From positions 1,364,001 through 1,428,000 of the forward strand of contig JASTWF010000034.1 in assembly GCA_030390025.1 (NCBI GenBank): 64,000 bases of DNA, read 5' to 3'. The DNA is from Squalus acanthias (taxonomy: Eukaryota). Both the position numbers and the translations under genes were made by a program. The number at the start of each line of letters is the position of its first letter. The stretch's first letter is position 1. Below are positions 23,701 to 35,608 of the stretch, piece by piece. Below the pieces are notes generated by a model. It was not told the DNA's origin. It did not search any database and worked only from the letters and a program-made list of their open reading frames with translations.

Positions 23701-26700
23701 ACCGCCTTATATGTTTGGAGAATGCAGAACGAGGGGGACTATTCTAATACGAATACTATTGAGAGCTTAGGAGATATTAGGTGGAATATTAAATATCTTT
23801 CTGCATTTGAAGTAAATAAAATGTAATGTATTAATACATGAATATATGTAGAAACAGACTGCAGCTGTATCTAATATGAGGGTGTTTAATTGTTTTGAAA
23901 GCATTTCAAAAAGATTGCCACAATATAGTTCCATTCAATTTGTTTGATCACATTCTTGGCTCCCATGCACTGTTCTTAATGTCAGGGGTTAAATTCCTCT
24001 GTGTACGAGGTGAAGCGCTGCTGAGCTCAAACCACAGGTTTCCGTTGTAAGCAGTTGCTCGCACTGTTAACTTCAGCCTGAAATGTTTTATCTCCTTTAC
24101 TTTTCGGTTACTAATTCTCTTCCTTGTTCCATGCAGATGACACCTGCATCGTGATATTTGTGACAGTGATAACATGTTTGTAACAGCAACGGTGTCCATT
24201 GAATTCAAATACCATTCGGTTCAAATAATGTAGCTTCCATTTCCTCCTTCAGTATGCTCGAGTTGTCGATGTCACTGGCATATAGATCTGCACCGTTGGT
24301 AGAGATTAATGTCCTTCAATAAAGATAGTGCTGCAGATGCTCGTTGTGCTCAGCATTTACACCTAAATGTGCAATTACCAACTGCACAGAATTGTGTATG
24401 TGAACGGCCAGGGTTCTGTTCCTGCATCTCTACGCATTTTGATAATTAAGCTCATACTGCCTGTCCTCCTTATTTATCCAAAATTCATCACTTCACACTT
24501 CTCTGCATTAAATATCAGACTTGTGGCCATCCCTTTCCTTACGGTTATCTGTAGGTCCACAAATATCTCCCCACTTTTATTTTAATAGTTGGTCTTTATT
24601 TCCCTTAAATCATGGATTTTCTGAAGGAAAGCCAGGTCCTAATATATCTCTGCATTACACACTCTCACAAACTCTGCCTTTGTTCTTTTGGTTAGCATTT
24701 CAGTCCTCCAGTTAGCGGCTCACCAATCATTAGAAACAATAATCAGCGATTTACCAGAACAAAACCCATCAAAATTTTGATCTCCATCAGATGTTCTCCT
24801 CACAATCTGTACGGAAATTAAAATTAATTTTCCTCTCCATTTATTTTAAGCGACTTGAATTCAATTTTATTAATAACTAAATGCCTGAGAATCAGTCTCC
24901 TGCTACAGCTCTAATTGTGACTTTCAAAAGGGAACTGGACAAATATTTGAAAAACAAATAATACAGGGCAATGGAGAAAGAGCTGATGGGAGCGACTATT
25001 TGGAAAACATCTTCAAAGAGTCGGCACAGGCACGATGAGCCGAACAGCCTCCTAATTTAATGACACAATCTATAATTTTATGATTCTAATTGAGGGGGTA
25101 TTCGAAAATTTAATTAATTATGCGTTGTCAATGTATCAGAACGACTGCAGCAATGTATTTTCATTCAATAGGTTTGAAGATATTCCTGGTCCTGACGCAC
25201 TGTTCTTTCTGTCAGGGATTAACTTCCTGTTTATATGAGGTGAAGCGTTGCTGAGCTGGAAACACTGGTTTCCTTTCTAAACAGTTTCAGTCACTGACAA
25301 CAAGAACAACAACAACTTATATTGATATAGCGCCTTTAACGTAAAAAATGTCCCAAGGCGCGTCACAGGAGAGTTATAAAAAAAACAAAATTTACACCGA
25401 GCCATATAAGGAATTAGGGCAGGTGACCAAAAGCTTTGTCAGAGAGGTAGGTTTTAAGGAGCGTCTTAAAGGAGGAAAGAGATGTAGAGCTGCCTGAAAT
25501 ATTATAACATTTTTAAATTATTGGTATTCAATTTTCTTCATCATTCCATGCCGAACTCTCCGACATTGTGGAATTTGTGACAGTGAGTAAACAGACTGTA
25601 AAAAGGTTCGCTTTAAACTGAATTGTAACAACGTTGGGTTGTAATTATTAGACTTCACTTCCTCCTTCAGTATGCTAGATTTCACCATGTCACTGAAATA
25701 TAGACCTGCACTGTGGGTGGAGACTAATGTCCTTAAATGAACAAAGTTCTGCAGCTATTCCTCGTGCTCTGCATTAATTTTTTAATCTCCCTCATTGTCC
25801 TATTGTCAATAATGTTAAATCTGTACCAGCTGGTTACTGGTCCTCCGGCAACTAAAAATAGTTTTTCCCCATCTACTCGAGCAAAACCCTTCCTAATTTT
25901 TGAAGGTCTCTATTAATTCCCTGCTTAATCTTCTGTTCTCTAAGGAGCACAATCCCACTTTCTCTACTCTCTCCACTTGACCGAAGTCACTAAGATTTAG
26001 GCCATCCGTTCATATACCTCTGTTGCCTCCCACAATTCCCTTGGACAACAACCCAAAGTTCACCTGAGGATCTCCTACCTCCTAGCCCTGATACTGAGTC
26101 TGTTATAGTTTCTCTCCTAGGTCCACACATGCAATTTCCGTGTATATGTTGCCCATGGAACCCACTTCCTGCTCACTTGACATTTCTACCATTAAACAAA
26201 AGATCACCCAACTTCCTTTCCGGGGGCCAAAACAGTTGAAGTTGGGATTGGTCAGTCTCAGGTTTTTTCCTCCTCTTGCATAACTACCATAATGCAGTTT
26301 GAAGCCTCCTATTTCTCCCATTTCTTTTCCACGCTGTACCTAAATACGTCCCCTTATTTATCGGAGATGTTATGAGGAAATTTAAATATTTCTATTATTT
26401 TAAGTGAGTAAATTGATTTTTATTAATAAATAAATTCAAGAGATTGTGTCTGTTGCCTCACCTCTAAAAACAACGACAAAATATCTTGTATTTAAATAGC
26501 GCCTTTAACGTTGTTAAACATCCTAAGGTGCTTCACAGGAGCAGATTAAGACAAATAATTGTCACCGAGACACATAAGAAAAAATGAGGGCAGTTCAAAG
26601 TGGTAGGTTTTACGGAGCGTCTTGAAGGAGGCGAGAGAGGTGGAGACTTTTAAGGAGGGAATTCCTGAGCTTAGGGCGCAGGTAACAGAAGGCACTGCCA

Positions 26701-28199
26701 CCAATGGTTGAGCGATTATAATCAGGATGTTCAAGGAGGCTGAATTAGAGAAGCACAGATATCTCGGGGGTTTGTGGGGCTGAAGGAGATTACAAACAAA
26801 GGGAGGGACAAGGCCATACGGGATTTGAAAACCACGTCGTTTGTAAAGTATTAATTATTCACTTTAAATGTATTAGAACCTTTGTCACAATGTATTTTCA
26901 TTCAGTATATTTAAACACATTCTTGATTCTCAGGCACTGTGTTTACTGTCAGGGGTAAACTTCCTGTTTGTCCGAGCTGAAGAGTTTCTGAGCTGAAACC
27001 ATAGATTTCCGTTCTAAGCATTTGCTCTCATTTGTAACCTAAGCCTCAAATATTTTCATTTTTTTAAATTCTCGTTGTTAAATATTTCTTCCTTCTTATA
27101 TGTTGATTACACCCGCATTGTGATATTTGTGACAGGGAGTAAACTTACTAGAAAGTGTCGGTTTCCAATGAATTTTAATGTATTTGCTTCTAATTATTTA
27201 AACTCCACTTCCTCATTCAGTATACGAGAGCTGACATATCACTGAGATGTAGACCTGTACAGTGGGCGGAGACTAATATGGTAAAAAGAAACAGAGTTAC
27301 ATTAACATCTTAATCTCCAACGTCTCCAAACACAATTGCCACCGTTAATGCCCCCATCCTTTCAATAATGGAGCTCCCGCGCTGCCACTGCAATTCTGTT
27401 TCGTGGTGTAGCCGCATGTGGAGATCTGTGAAGATGTTCAGTGTTTGCACCCACACTCCATGCAGCTGCATTCATTTGTCTTTCAGTGACGTTTTCACTC
27501 AGGCACAAAATCGAACTGTCAACTTTTCACGCTGTTTGGTGTCATTAGGTCCAAGGGCACATTTTGCTAATCACCGTGGATTATTGGAATGATATACAAA
27601 TGAACATCTCGGTAGAATTTATTCAGTTATGGTGGGTGATCCATAACAATAGGGCAGGATATTAAAACTGATGCCAGATAATTTGTAGTGAAACCAGGAA
27701 GTACTTTCTCACAAAAAGTGTAGTGTAAATCTGTAACTCTCTGTATTTAGTGTCTGCCTACATTATGATGTCATGTTCTGGAGTGGGATACAAAGATTTT
27801 GGAGTGGGAATTGAACTAAAAAGAGCCAGAATGTCACCAACTCAGTCACACTGTGAAATGTCCTTGAAACAATGCACGGCAGTCAGTCTGTATATTCATT
27901 CTCTAAAGGTGTTGCTATTCAAATAACTGATACATATTATCTCTTTTCAGTGATTTTTGGAGCTCGGGGATTCGTTTCTCAAGGTTAGTGTCGACGCTTT
28001 TCTCTAAAGTAATGAAATTGAGCAAATAACTTTCAAACTGTAAAATAAATAAATTGTTTTTATGTAATTGAAAGTAATATCTGTAATGCATCGTGTTGTG
28101 ACGTTTGCAACAGCAATGCAGGTCTGCATCTCAGTAGCTTTCATTGCTAAGGTACTATGAGAGATGTCTTTGTTGTATGTCATTTTGGTCAGAGATACA

Positions 28200-29375
28200 A
28201 GAAAACTATAATAAATCTAGGAGGAAATATCTAGGTTCAAAATATGTAAAGTAAATGGTGACGGAGAAGATAATGAGATCAAAGATATGCAGATTGCCAG
28301 GACCCGAGGGTTTCCACCCGAGGTCCAGGTGGCGGGCGGGACGGTGGGAGGGGGGGGGGAGGTGTGTAGGGTGGAGGGGGTGGGGGTGGGGGGATGGGGG
28401 CGCGTTTAAAATAGTTAGGTGAGGAAATGGCTGATACGTTAGTCATGATCTTCCAAAACTCTCTCGATTGATGAATTTGCCAATTCGATTGATAAACTGA
28501 CAGGCACTGTTTTATTTAAGAGGGGTGGAGTGATTAACTTGGAAATTATATTCCCACTAGTCTACTTCAGTTTTGGGGAATGCACTACAATCTATTATTA
28601 GGGAGAGAGTGACTAAGCATTTGGACAGATATGAACTGATCAGAGAATCCAGCATGGTTCTGTAAAGGGTTAATCACGTCTATCGAACCTAGTTGATCTT
28701 TTGAGGAGGTACCAAATGGTATTAAAGGACTGTCTATGAATGTTATTTATATGGACATCCAGAAGGCATTCGACTAGTTTTGCATGCAATAGAAGGCAAC
28801 TTATTGAATTGGATAGGAAATGGTTATGTTGATGGAGACAGATAGTAGGGATAATGGTTCTGCACTCAAATTGGCAGGTTGTGATTAATGGTGTCCCCCG
28901 GGGGATCTGTACTGGGTCCTCAGCTTTTCACTACATTTATAACTGACTGGGATGAAGGATTGGGAGCCGTATATCTAAGTTAGCTGGCGAAACTAAGTTA
29001 TGCGGCACAGTAAATAATGCATACTTGAGCTGAACGTTGTAACGTGACATTGATAGAATGGGTGAGTGGGAAAACTGTAGGAAATGTAATTTAAAATGAG
29101 AAAGTTTGCCCTTTTCCACTTTGAACGTAAAAACAAGATAATTTTTTTTTCTAATTGCTAAAAGGCTCCGGAAAGTCGAGGAACGTAGTGATTAATGGAT
29201 CAAATTACATGAATAACTAAAACATAATGGACAGGTACAGATAATTGAAACGTTTAATGGAATTTTGGCCTTTATCTGAAGAGAGCTGGAATATGAAGCG
29301 GTGAAAGTTAAGTTGCAGCTGTAGAGAGCTCTGGGTAGACCCCGGCTGGAGTAATTGCATTCAGATCTGGGCAAC
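28200..29375 (+). mobile_element. Old decayed CR1 LINE RT region
   Basis: Remnants PGPEGFHPR, YMDIQKAFD, NGVPRG(S)VLGPQLF, LAGETKL; heavily mutated. Confidence 0.8.
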
Positions 29376-29513
29376 ATTCTGCTGCTATCTCCAGAACGTA
29401 CAGTGCCTCCTTATGTAGTGTCGTCAGTGAACTTGGATATATGGAGCTCCATTCATTCCTGCAACTCATAGATCAATGTAATTAAAACATCAGGCCACAT
29501 TACAGAATCCTGG

Positions 29514-31087
29514 GGAGATAGAAACATAGAAACATAGAAAATAGGTGCAGGAGTAGACCATTCGGTCCTTCGAGCCTGCACCGCCATTCAATGCGTTCAT
29601 GGCTGAACATGCTAATTCAGTACCCCATTCCTGCTTTCTCGCCATACCCCTTGATCCCCCTAGTTGTGAGTATTATATCTAACACCCTTTTGAATATATT
29701 TAGCGAACTGGCCTCAACAACCTTCTGTGGTAGAGAATTCCACAGATCACCACTCTCTGGGTGAAGAAGTTCCTCCTCAGCTCAGTCTTAAATGGCTTCC
29801 CCTTTATCCTTAGACTGTGAACCCTGGTTTTAGTTTTCCCTAACATTGGAAACAGTCTGCCCGCATCTAATTTATCTAAACCAGAAGGAGGCCATTCGGC
29901 CCGTCGAGCCCGTGCCGGCTCTCTGCAAGAGCACTTCAGCTAGTTCCACTCCCCCGCCCTTGCCCCATAGCCCTGCAGATGTCTTTCCTTCAGATACTTA
30001 TCCAATTCCCTTTTGAAAGCCGTGATTGAATCTGCCTCCACCACCCTTTCAGGCAGTGCATTCCAGATCCTAACCACTCGATACGTAAAAAAGTTTTTCC
30101 TCACGTCGTCTTTGGTTCTTCTGCCAATCACCTTAAATCTGTGTCCTCTGGTTCTCGACCCTTCCGCCAATGGGACCAGTTTCTCTCTATCTACTCTGTC
30201 CAGACCCCTCGTGATTTTGAATACCTCTATCAAATCTCCTCTCAACCTCTCTGCTCTAAGGAGAACCACCCCAGCTTCTCCAGTCTATCCATGTAACTGA
30301 AGTCCCTCATCCCTGGAACCATTCTTGTAAATCTTTTCTGCACCCTCTCTTAGGCCTTCGCATCCTTCATAAAGTGCGGTACCCAGAATTGGACACAATA
30401 CTCCAGTTGAGGCTGAACCAGTGTTTTATAAAGGTTCATCATAACTTCCTTGCTTTTGGACTCTATGCCTCTATTTATCCCGTATGCTTTTTTAACCGCT
30501 TTCTCAACCTGCCCGACTACCTTCAACGATTTGTGCACACATATCCCCAGGTCTCACTGTTCATGCACCCACTTTAGAATTGTACCCTTTAGTTCATATT
30601 GCCTCTCCTCGTTCTTCCTACCAAAATGTGTTACTTTGAACTTTTCTGCATTAAATTTCATCTGCCACTTGTCCACCCATTCCACCAGCCTGTCTATGTC
30701 TTCTTGAAGTCTATCACTATCCTCCTCACTGTTCACTATACTTCCAAGTTTTGTGTCATCTGCAAATTTTGAAATTGTGTCCTGTACACCCAAGTCTAAG
30801 TCATTAATGTATATCAAGTAAAGCAGTGGTCCTAGTACCGACCCCTGGGGAACACCACTGTATACCTTTCTCCAGTCCGAAAAACAACCGTTCACCACTA
30901 CTCTCTGTTTTCTGTCACTTAGCCAATTTCGTATCCATGCTGCCACTGTCCCTTTTATTCCATGGGCTTCAACTTTGCTGGCAAGCCTCCTATGTGGCAC
31001 TTGTCAAACGCCTTTTGGAAATCCATCCACACCACGTTAACCGCATTGCCCTCATCAACCCTCTCTGTTACCTCATCAAAACACTCA
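29514..31087 (-). mobile_element. Two adjacent CR1 fragments (~29514-29880 with (AAACATAG)n tail; ~29880-31087 RT/C-terminus)
   Basis: ORFs 30554-31000 ([16 protein letters not shown]) and 29940-30269 (ORF2 C-terminus); a separate 3' end and tail at ~29514-29640. Confidence 0.92.
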
Positions 31088-31270
31088 ATCAGAATCAGAG
31101 CGGCCGGGCCCGGCGGACGTGCGGCCAGGGCCTCGGCACCAGGAAACCCAGGGTGCAGCGCCTCCCCCAGACAGGAGAAACCACAACTGGCATCGACACA
31201 GCAGACCCGCCAATCCAGAGCCGGCTTGTATCAGGGCGGGCGCTGGATGCGGAAGTCGATCCCTGGCCAC
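31088..31270 (+). promoter_or_regulatory. CpG-rich promoter/first-exon remnant of zinc-finger locus 1
   Basis: 31091-31167 aligns closely with 40935-41010 of locus 2; downstream intron sequence is also paralogous. The donor equivalent looks degenerate (CGGAAGTCGAT vs CGGAAGGTAGGT). Confidence 0.55.
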
Positions 31271-32120
31271 CTGTGTAGGTCTTTTTGTTGCTTCAGTTTG
31301 AGCTGGAGTGGAGATGGAAGAGAAGCTGCTGGGTTTAACCCTAATACTTCTGATCCCAGGAGGACCCAACAATTTCCAATGTGAGACTGTCAAGGGAGGT
31401 GGATTCTGGGGGAGATTAGGTTGTTAAACAGACACTGTCCCTACAATGTAAAAGAGTATTGTTTTAGAAACAAGTATTTCTGTAGAGGCTTTTAATCCAG
31501 TTTACATCTACAGATGTGTTTTAATTCATTCTTGGGATGTGGGCATCGCTCGCAAGAGCAGCATATATTGCCAATCCCCAGTTGCCCGTTGAGAAGGTGA
31601 TGGTGAGCCTTCTTCTTGAATCACTGCAGTCCGTGTGGTGAAGGTACTCTCACAATGCTGTTGTGTAAGGAGTTCCAGGATTTTCACCCAGCAATGATGT
31701 AGCAAGGGCGATATATGTCTAAGTCAGGATGGTGTGTGACTTGGAGATAATGGTGCTCCCATGCACCTTCTGCCCTTGTCCTTCTAGGTGGTGGATGTTG
31801 CGGGTTTTGGAGGTTCTGTCAAAGTTCTGGTCGAGTTGCAGATGTATAAAGTCCATCTCCTTCGCCCCTCTCCCACTCCCACCTCTCTCTCACTCCTCCC
31901 ATAGTGACTAGAGCCGTGTGTAGGCCCAGACCAGGTGGTGGATTCCCTTCCCTGAAGGACATTAGTGAACCAGTGGGATTTTATGACAATCCGGCTATTT
32001 TCATGGTCACTTTTTTCTGGTGCCAGCCCCACAAATTACCAGCTTCATTAAACTCAATTTCACAACCTGCCTCTTTAGTGGGTTCTCTCTCACGCTCCCT
32101 GTTTTAAATTCATTTTACAG

Positions 32121-32432
32121 AGTATTAGAAGGGGAGGATTTGCAGACGGGAAACTCAAACTGCACATCAAGTCAAGATCTGACAGAGTCACTCAATTCAT
32201 CGGAACTTGAATATCATCAGCCTTTGAATATGGAAGCAAAAAGCACCGTTCACAGTGGAGAGAAACCGTACACGTGTTCTGTGTGTGGACGAGGCTTCAG
32301 CCAACCATCTGACCTATCAATACACAAGCGCATTCACACCGGGGAGAGGCCGTTCACCTGCTCTGAGTGTGGAAAGGGATTCACGAATTTATCCCACCTA
32401 CTGAGACACCAGCGAGTTCACACTGGGGAGAG
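32121..32432 (+). CDS. C2H2 zinc-finger locus 1, 5' part of the ZF exon (leader + 2 fingers), interrupted by CR1
   Basis: Acceptor ttttacAG ending at 32120; ATG 32230 ([14 protein letters not shown]); two CxxC-x12-HxxxH fingers with TGERP linkers, then runs into the CR1 tail (RYIDT*). Confidence 0.8.
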
Positions 32433-35400
32433 ATACATAGATACATAGATACATAGATGATAGGAGCAGGAGTAGGCCATCCGGCCCTTCGAGCCTGCTC
32501 CGCCATTTAATGAGATCATGGCTGATCCTCCAATTCAGTATCCCGTCCCCGCCTTCTCTCCGTAACCCTTAACCCCTTTTGCCTGTAGAAATATATCTAA
32601 TTCCCTCTTAAATATATTTAATGAGCTGGCGTACACTGCCCTCTGTGGCAATGAGTTCCACAGGTTCACCACCCTCTGAGTGAAGAAATTCCCCCTCATT
32701 TCTGTCCTAAATGGTTTAGCCCTTATCCTTAAATTATGTCCTCTAGTTCTGTTCTCACCCGCCAAGGGAAACATTCCTTCTGCATCTAGCCTGTCTAGAC
32801 CTGTCAGAATTTTATACACTTCTATGAGGTCCCCTCTCAATCTTCTAAACTCCAGTGTGTACATCCCTAAACTACATAGTCTCTCCTCATAGGTCAATCC
32901 CACCATTCCTGGTATCAGCCTGGTGAATCGCCGCTGCACCCCCTCCATGGCAAGAACATCTTTCCTCAGATGAGGCGACCAAAACTGTACACAGTACTCG
33001 AGGTGTGGTCTCACCAGTGCCCTGTACAGCTGCAGCAAGGTATCCCTGTTCCTGTATTCCAACCCTTTTGCTATGAAGGCCAGCATACCGTTTGCCTTCT
33101 TGACCGCCTGTTGCACCTGCATGCTCGCCTTCAGTGACTGGTGTACAAGAACACCCAGGTCTCTCTGTACTTCCCCCTCTCCCAATTTATTGCCATTTAA
33201 ATAATAATTTGCCCTCCCGTTCCTGCACCCAAGGTGGATAACTTCGCACTTGTCCACATTATAGTGCATCTGCCATTTATCCGCCCAATCACCCAGTCTG
33301 TCCAAATCGCTCTGGAGCTTCCTGGTCTCCTCCACTGAGCCCACCCCCCCTCCTAGTTTAGTGTCGTCTGCAAATTTGGAAATGCTGCATCCGACTCCCT
33401 GATCCAGGTCATTAATGTAAATTGTGAACAGCTGGGGACCCAGGACAGATCCCTGTGGTACCCCACTTGTTACTGCCTGCCATTCAGAAAATGAGCCGTT
33501 TATTCCAACTCTCTGTTTTCTATCTGACAGCCAGTTCTCTATCCACGTCAATACTTTCCCCTTTATCCCATGAGCTTCAATTTTCTCTGCTAATCTTTTA
33601 TGTGGGACCTTATCGAAGGCCTTTTGGAAGTCCAGGTACACCACATCTACTGGCTCTCCCCCATCTATTTTACCAGTTACTCCCTCAAAAAATTCCAATA
33701 GATTAGTCAAGCACGATTTACCCTTTGTAAATCCATGTTGACTCTGTCCTATCCTGTCCCCATTTGCTAAGTGCTCCGCTATTTCATCCTTAATGATAGA
33801 CTCCAGCATTTTGCCCACAACTGATGTAAGGCTTACAGGTCTGTAATTACCTGCTTTTTCCCTACCCCCCTTTTTGAATAGTGGGGTAACGTTAGCTACC
33901 CTCCAATCCATGGGCACTGTTCCCGAGTCTAATGAATTCTGAAAAATCATACTTAGTGCATCCGCTATCTCTAGGGCCACCTCCTTCAGCACCCTAGGAT
34001 GCATGTTATCAGGCCCTGGGGATTTGTCCGCCTTCAATCCCTTTAGCTTCCTTAACACCATATCCTTAGAGATATTGACTTGCGTCAGTTCCTCCTTTGC
34101 AAATGTCCCTATTTTTCCCGATATCCCAGGGAGGTTTTTTGTGTCTTCCTTCGTAAAGACTGACCCAAAGTATGCATTTAGTTGGTCTGCCATTTCCTTA
34201 TTTCCCGTTATATATTCCCCCGTATCTGACTGCAATGGGCCAACTTTGGTTTTCACCAGTCTTTTCCTCTTGATATACTTATAAAAGCTTTTGGAGTTAG
34301 TTTTTATATTTTCCGCCAGCTTGCTTTCGTAAGCTATTTTGCCCCTCTTGATTAAGCCCTTTGTCCTCCTTTGCTCTATCTTAAACTGTTCCCAATCTTC
34401 CGCTCTGGCGCTTTTTTTGGCTATTTTATACGCCCTATCTTTGGATTTTATGCTGTCTCTAATTTCCCCTGTTATCCACGGTTGAGTCACCTTTTTAGAT
34501 TTCCTTTTATGCCAGATTGGTATAAACAATTTTTGCAATTTTGTCATTCTATCTTTAAATGCTTGCCATTGTTTATCTACCTCCAGTCCTCCCAGGAACG
34601 TTGTCCAATCAGACCTACTCAGTTCCCGTCTAATGGCATCATAATTCCCCTTGTTTAAATTCAGGACCTTAGTATCTGAGTCAATTTCTTCGCTCTCCAT
34701 TTCGAGTGAGAAATCGATCATTTTATGATCGCTCTGACCCAAGGGTCCCCGTACAACAAGATTACTAATTAGTCCCTTCTCATTGCACAGTACCCAGTCC
34801 AATATAGCCTGTTCCCGAGTTGGTTCCTCGACATATTGATCCAGATAACCATCCCTTAAACACTCAAGGAATTCCTCCTCCTCATTATTTTTACTGATTA
34901 GGCTATTCCAATCTATATGTAAGTTAAAGTCACCTATGATGACAGCTGTGCTCTTATTGCACGCTTCTCTAATTTCCCTCGTGATGCCCTCCCCAACCTC
35001 TATTTTACTATTTGGAGGCCTATATACCACTCCTATTAATGTTTTTCGCCCCTCGCTATTTCTTAGCTCCACCCATATAGATTCTGTATTAACTGAGTTA
35101 ATATCCTTCCTTTCAATTGCATTTATCCCTTCTTTTACCAGCAATGCTACCCCTCCTCCCTTTCTTTTTTGTCGATCCTTCCTAAATACTGAATACCCCT
35201 GTATGTTAAGCTCCCAGCCCTGCTCACCCTGCAGCCATGTTTCCGTAATCCCAATTAGATCATAATTATTAACCTCTATTTCCACAGCTAATTCATCTAC
35301 CTTGTTCCTGATGCTTCTCGCATTAAGGTATAAAACCCTCAGGCTTTTTTTATGCTCACATTTTTTATGAATTAGTTTGGCCCTTTGTTTTTTGTTCCTC

Positions 35401-35608
35401 ACCCTTTTACCATTTATTTCTGTCTGCCTTTCACTTTCCTCTATTTCACTACATAGGTTTCTAGCCCCCTGCCATACTAGTTTAAATGCTCCCGAACTGC
35501 TTTATCAAAAATTACCCCGAGAACATCAGTTCCATCTTTGCACAGGTGTAGACCGTCCCTTTTGTATAGGTCACACCTACCACAAAACTGGTTCCAATGC
35601 CTCAAAAA
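32433..35608 (-). mobile_element. Young CR1 LINE, 5'-truncated within ORF1, intact ORF2
   Basis: (ATACATAG)3 tail at 32433-32456; ORF1 C-terminus FLRHWNQF...RDGLHL...EHLN* (SGNH-esterase DxxH) at 35608-35477; no TSD. Confidence 0.97.
32535..35402 (-). CDS. CR1 ORF2: APE endonuclease + reverse transcriptase (955 aa, uninterrupted)
   Basis: YLNARS, ITETW, GDFN, SDH (APE); [35 protein letters not shown] (RT). The track start is GTG; the frame is open back to 35501. Confidence 0.97.
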   Translation of the reverse strand: MRNKKQRAKLIHKKCEHKKSLRVLYLNARSIRNKVDELAVEIEVNNYDLIGITETWLQGEQGWELNIQGYSVFRKDRQKRKGGGVALLVKEGINAIERKDINSVNTESIWVELRNSEGRKTLIGVVYRPPNSKIEVGEGITREIREACNKSTAVIIGDFNLHIDWNSLISKNNEEEEFLECLRDGYLDQYVEEPTREQAILDWVLCNEKGLISNLVVRGPLGQSDHKMIDFSLEMESEEIDSDTKVLNLNKGNYDAIRRELSRSDWTTFLGGLEVDKQWQAFKDRMTKLQKLFIPIWHKRKSKKVTQPWITGEIRDSIKSKDRAYKIAKKSARAEDWEQFKIEQRRTKGLIKRGKIAYESKLAENIKTNSKSFYKYIKRKRLVKTKVGPLQSDTGEYITGNKEMADQLNAYFGSVFTKEDTKNLPGISGKIGTFAKEELTQVNISKDMVLRKLKGLKADKSPGPDNMHPRVLKEVALEIADALSMIFQNSLDSGTVPMDWRVANVTPLFKKGGREKAGNYRPVSLTSVVGKMLESIIKDEIAEHLANGDRIGQSQHGFTKGKSCLTNLLEFFEGVTGKIDGGEPVDVVYLDFQKAFDKVPHKRLAEKIEAHGIKGKVLTWIENWLSDRKQRVGINGSFSEWQAVTSGVPQGSVLGPQLFTIYINDLDQGVGCSISKFADDTKLGGGVGSVEETRKLQSDLDRLGDWADKWQMHYNVDKCEVIHLGCRNGRANYYLNGNKLGEGEVQRDLGVLVHQSLKASMQVQQAVKKANGMLAFIAKGLEYRNRDTLLQLYRALVRPHLEYCVQFWSPHLRKDVLAMEGVQRRFTRLIPGMVGLTYEERLCSLGMYTLEFRRLRGDLIEVYKILTGLDRLDAEGMFPLAGENRTRGHNLRIRAKPFRTEMRGNFFTQRVVNLWNSLPQRAVYASSLNIFKRELDIFLQAKGVKGYGEKAGTGY

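Larger units (their letters stand above)
19467..27615 (-). pseudogene. Older diverged copies of the unidentified coding-like blocks, interspersed with LINE/SINE fragments
   Basis: Block B (CACTTCCTCATTCAGT...GCATGTGGAGATCTG) at ~10395-10850, 20315-20780, 24235-24365 (partial), 25655-25775 (partial), 27205-27615, each followed on the minus strand by block A; block D at ~19467-19800 and ~25984-26330. Confidence 0.5.

Noticed and set aside
10050..27615. Repeated blocks read as an intronic snoRNA or miRNA cluster
   Set aside because: No consistent C/D or H/ACA boxes or conserved hairpin visible; substitution patterns fit decayed coding sequence better. An Infernal scan would settle it.
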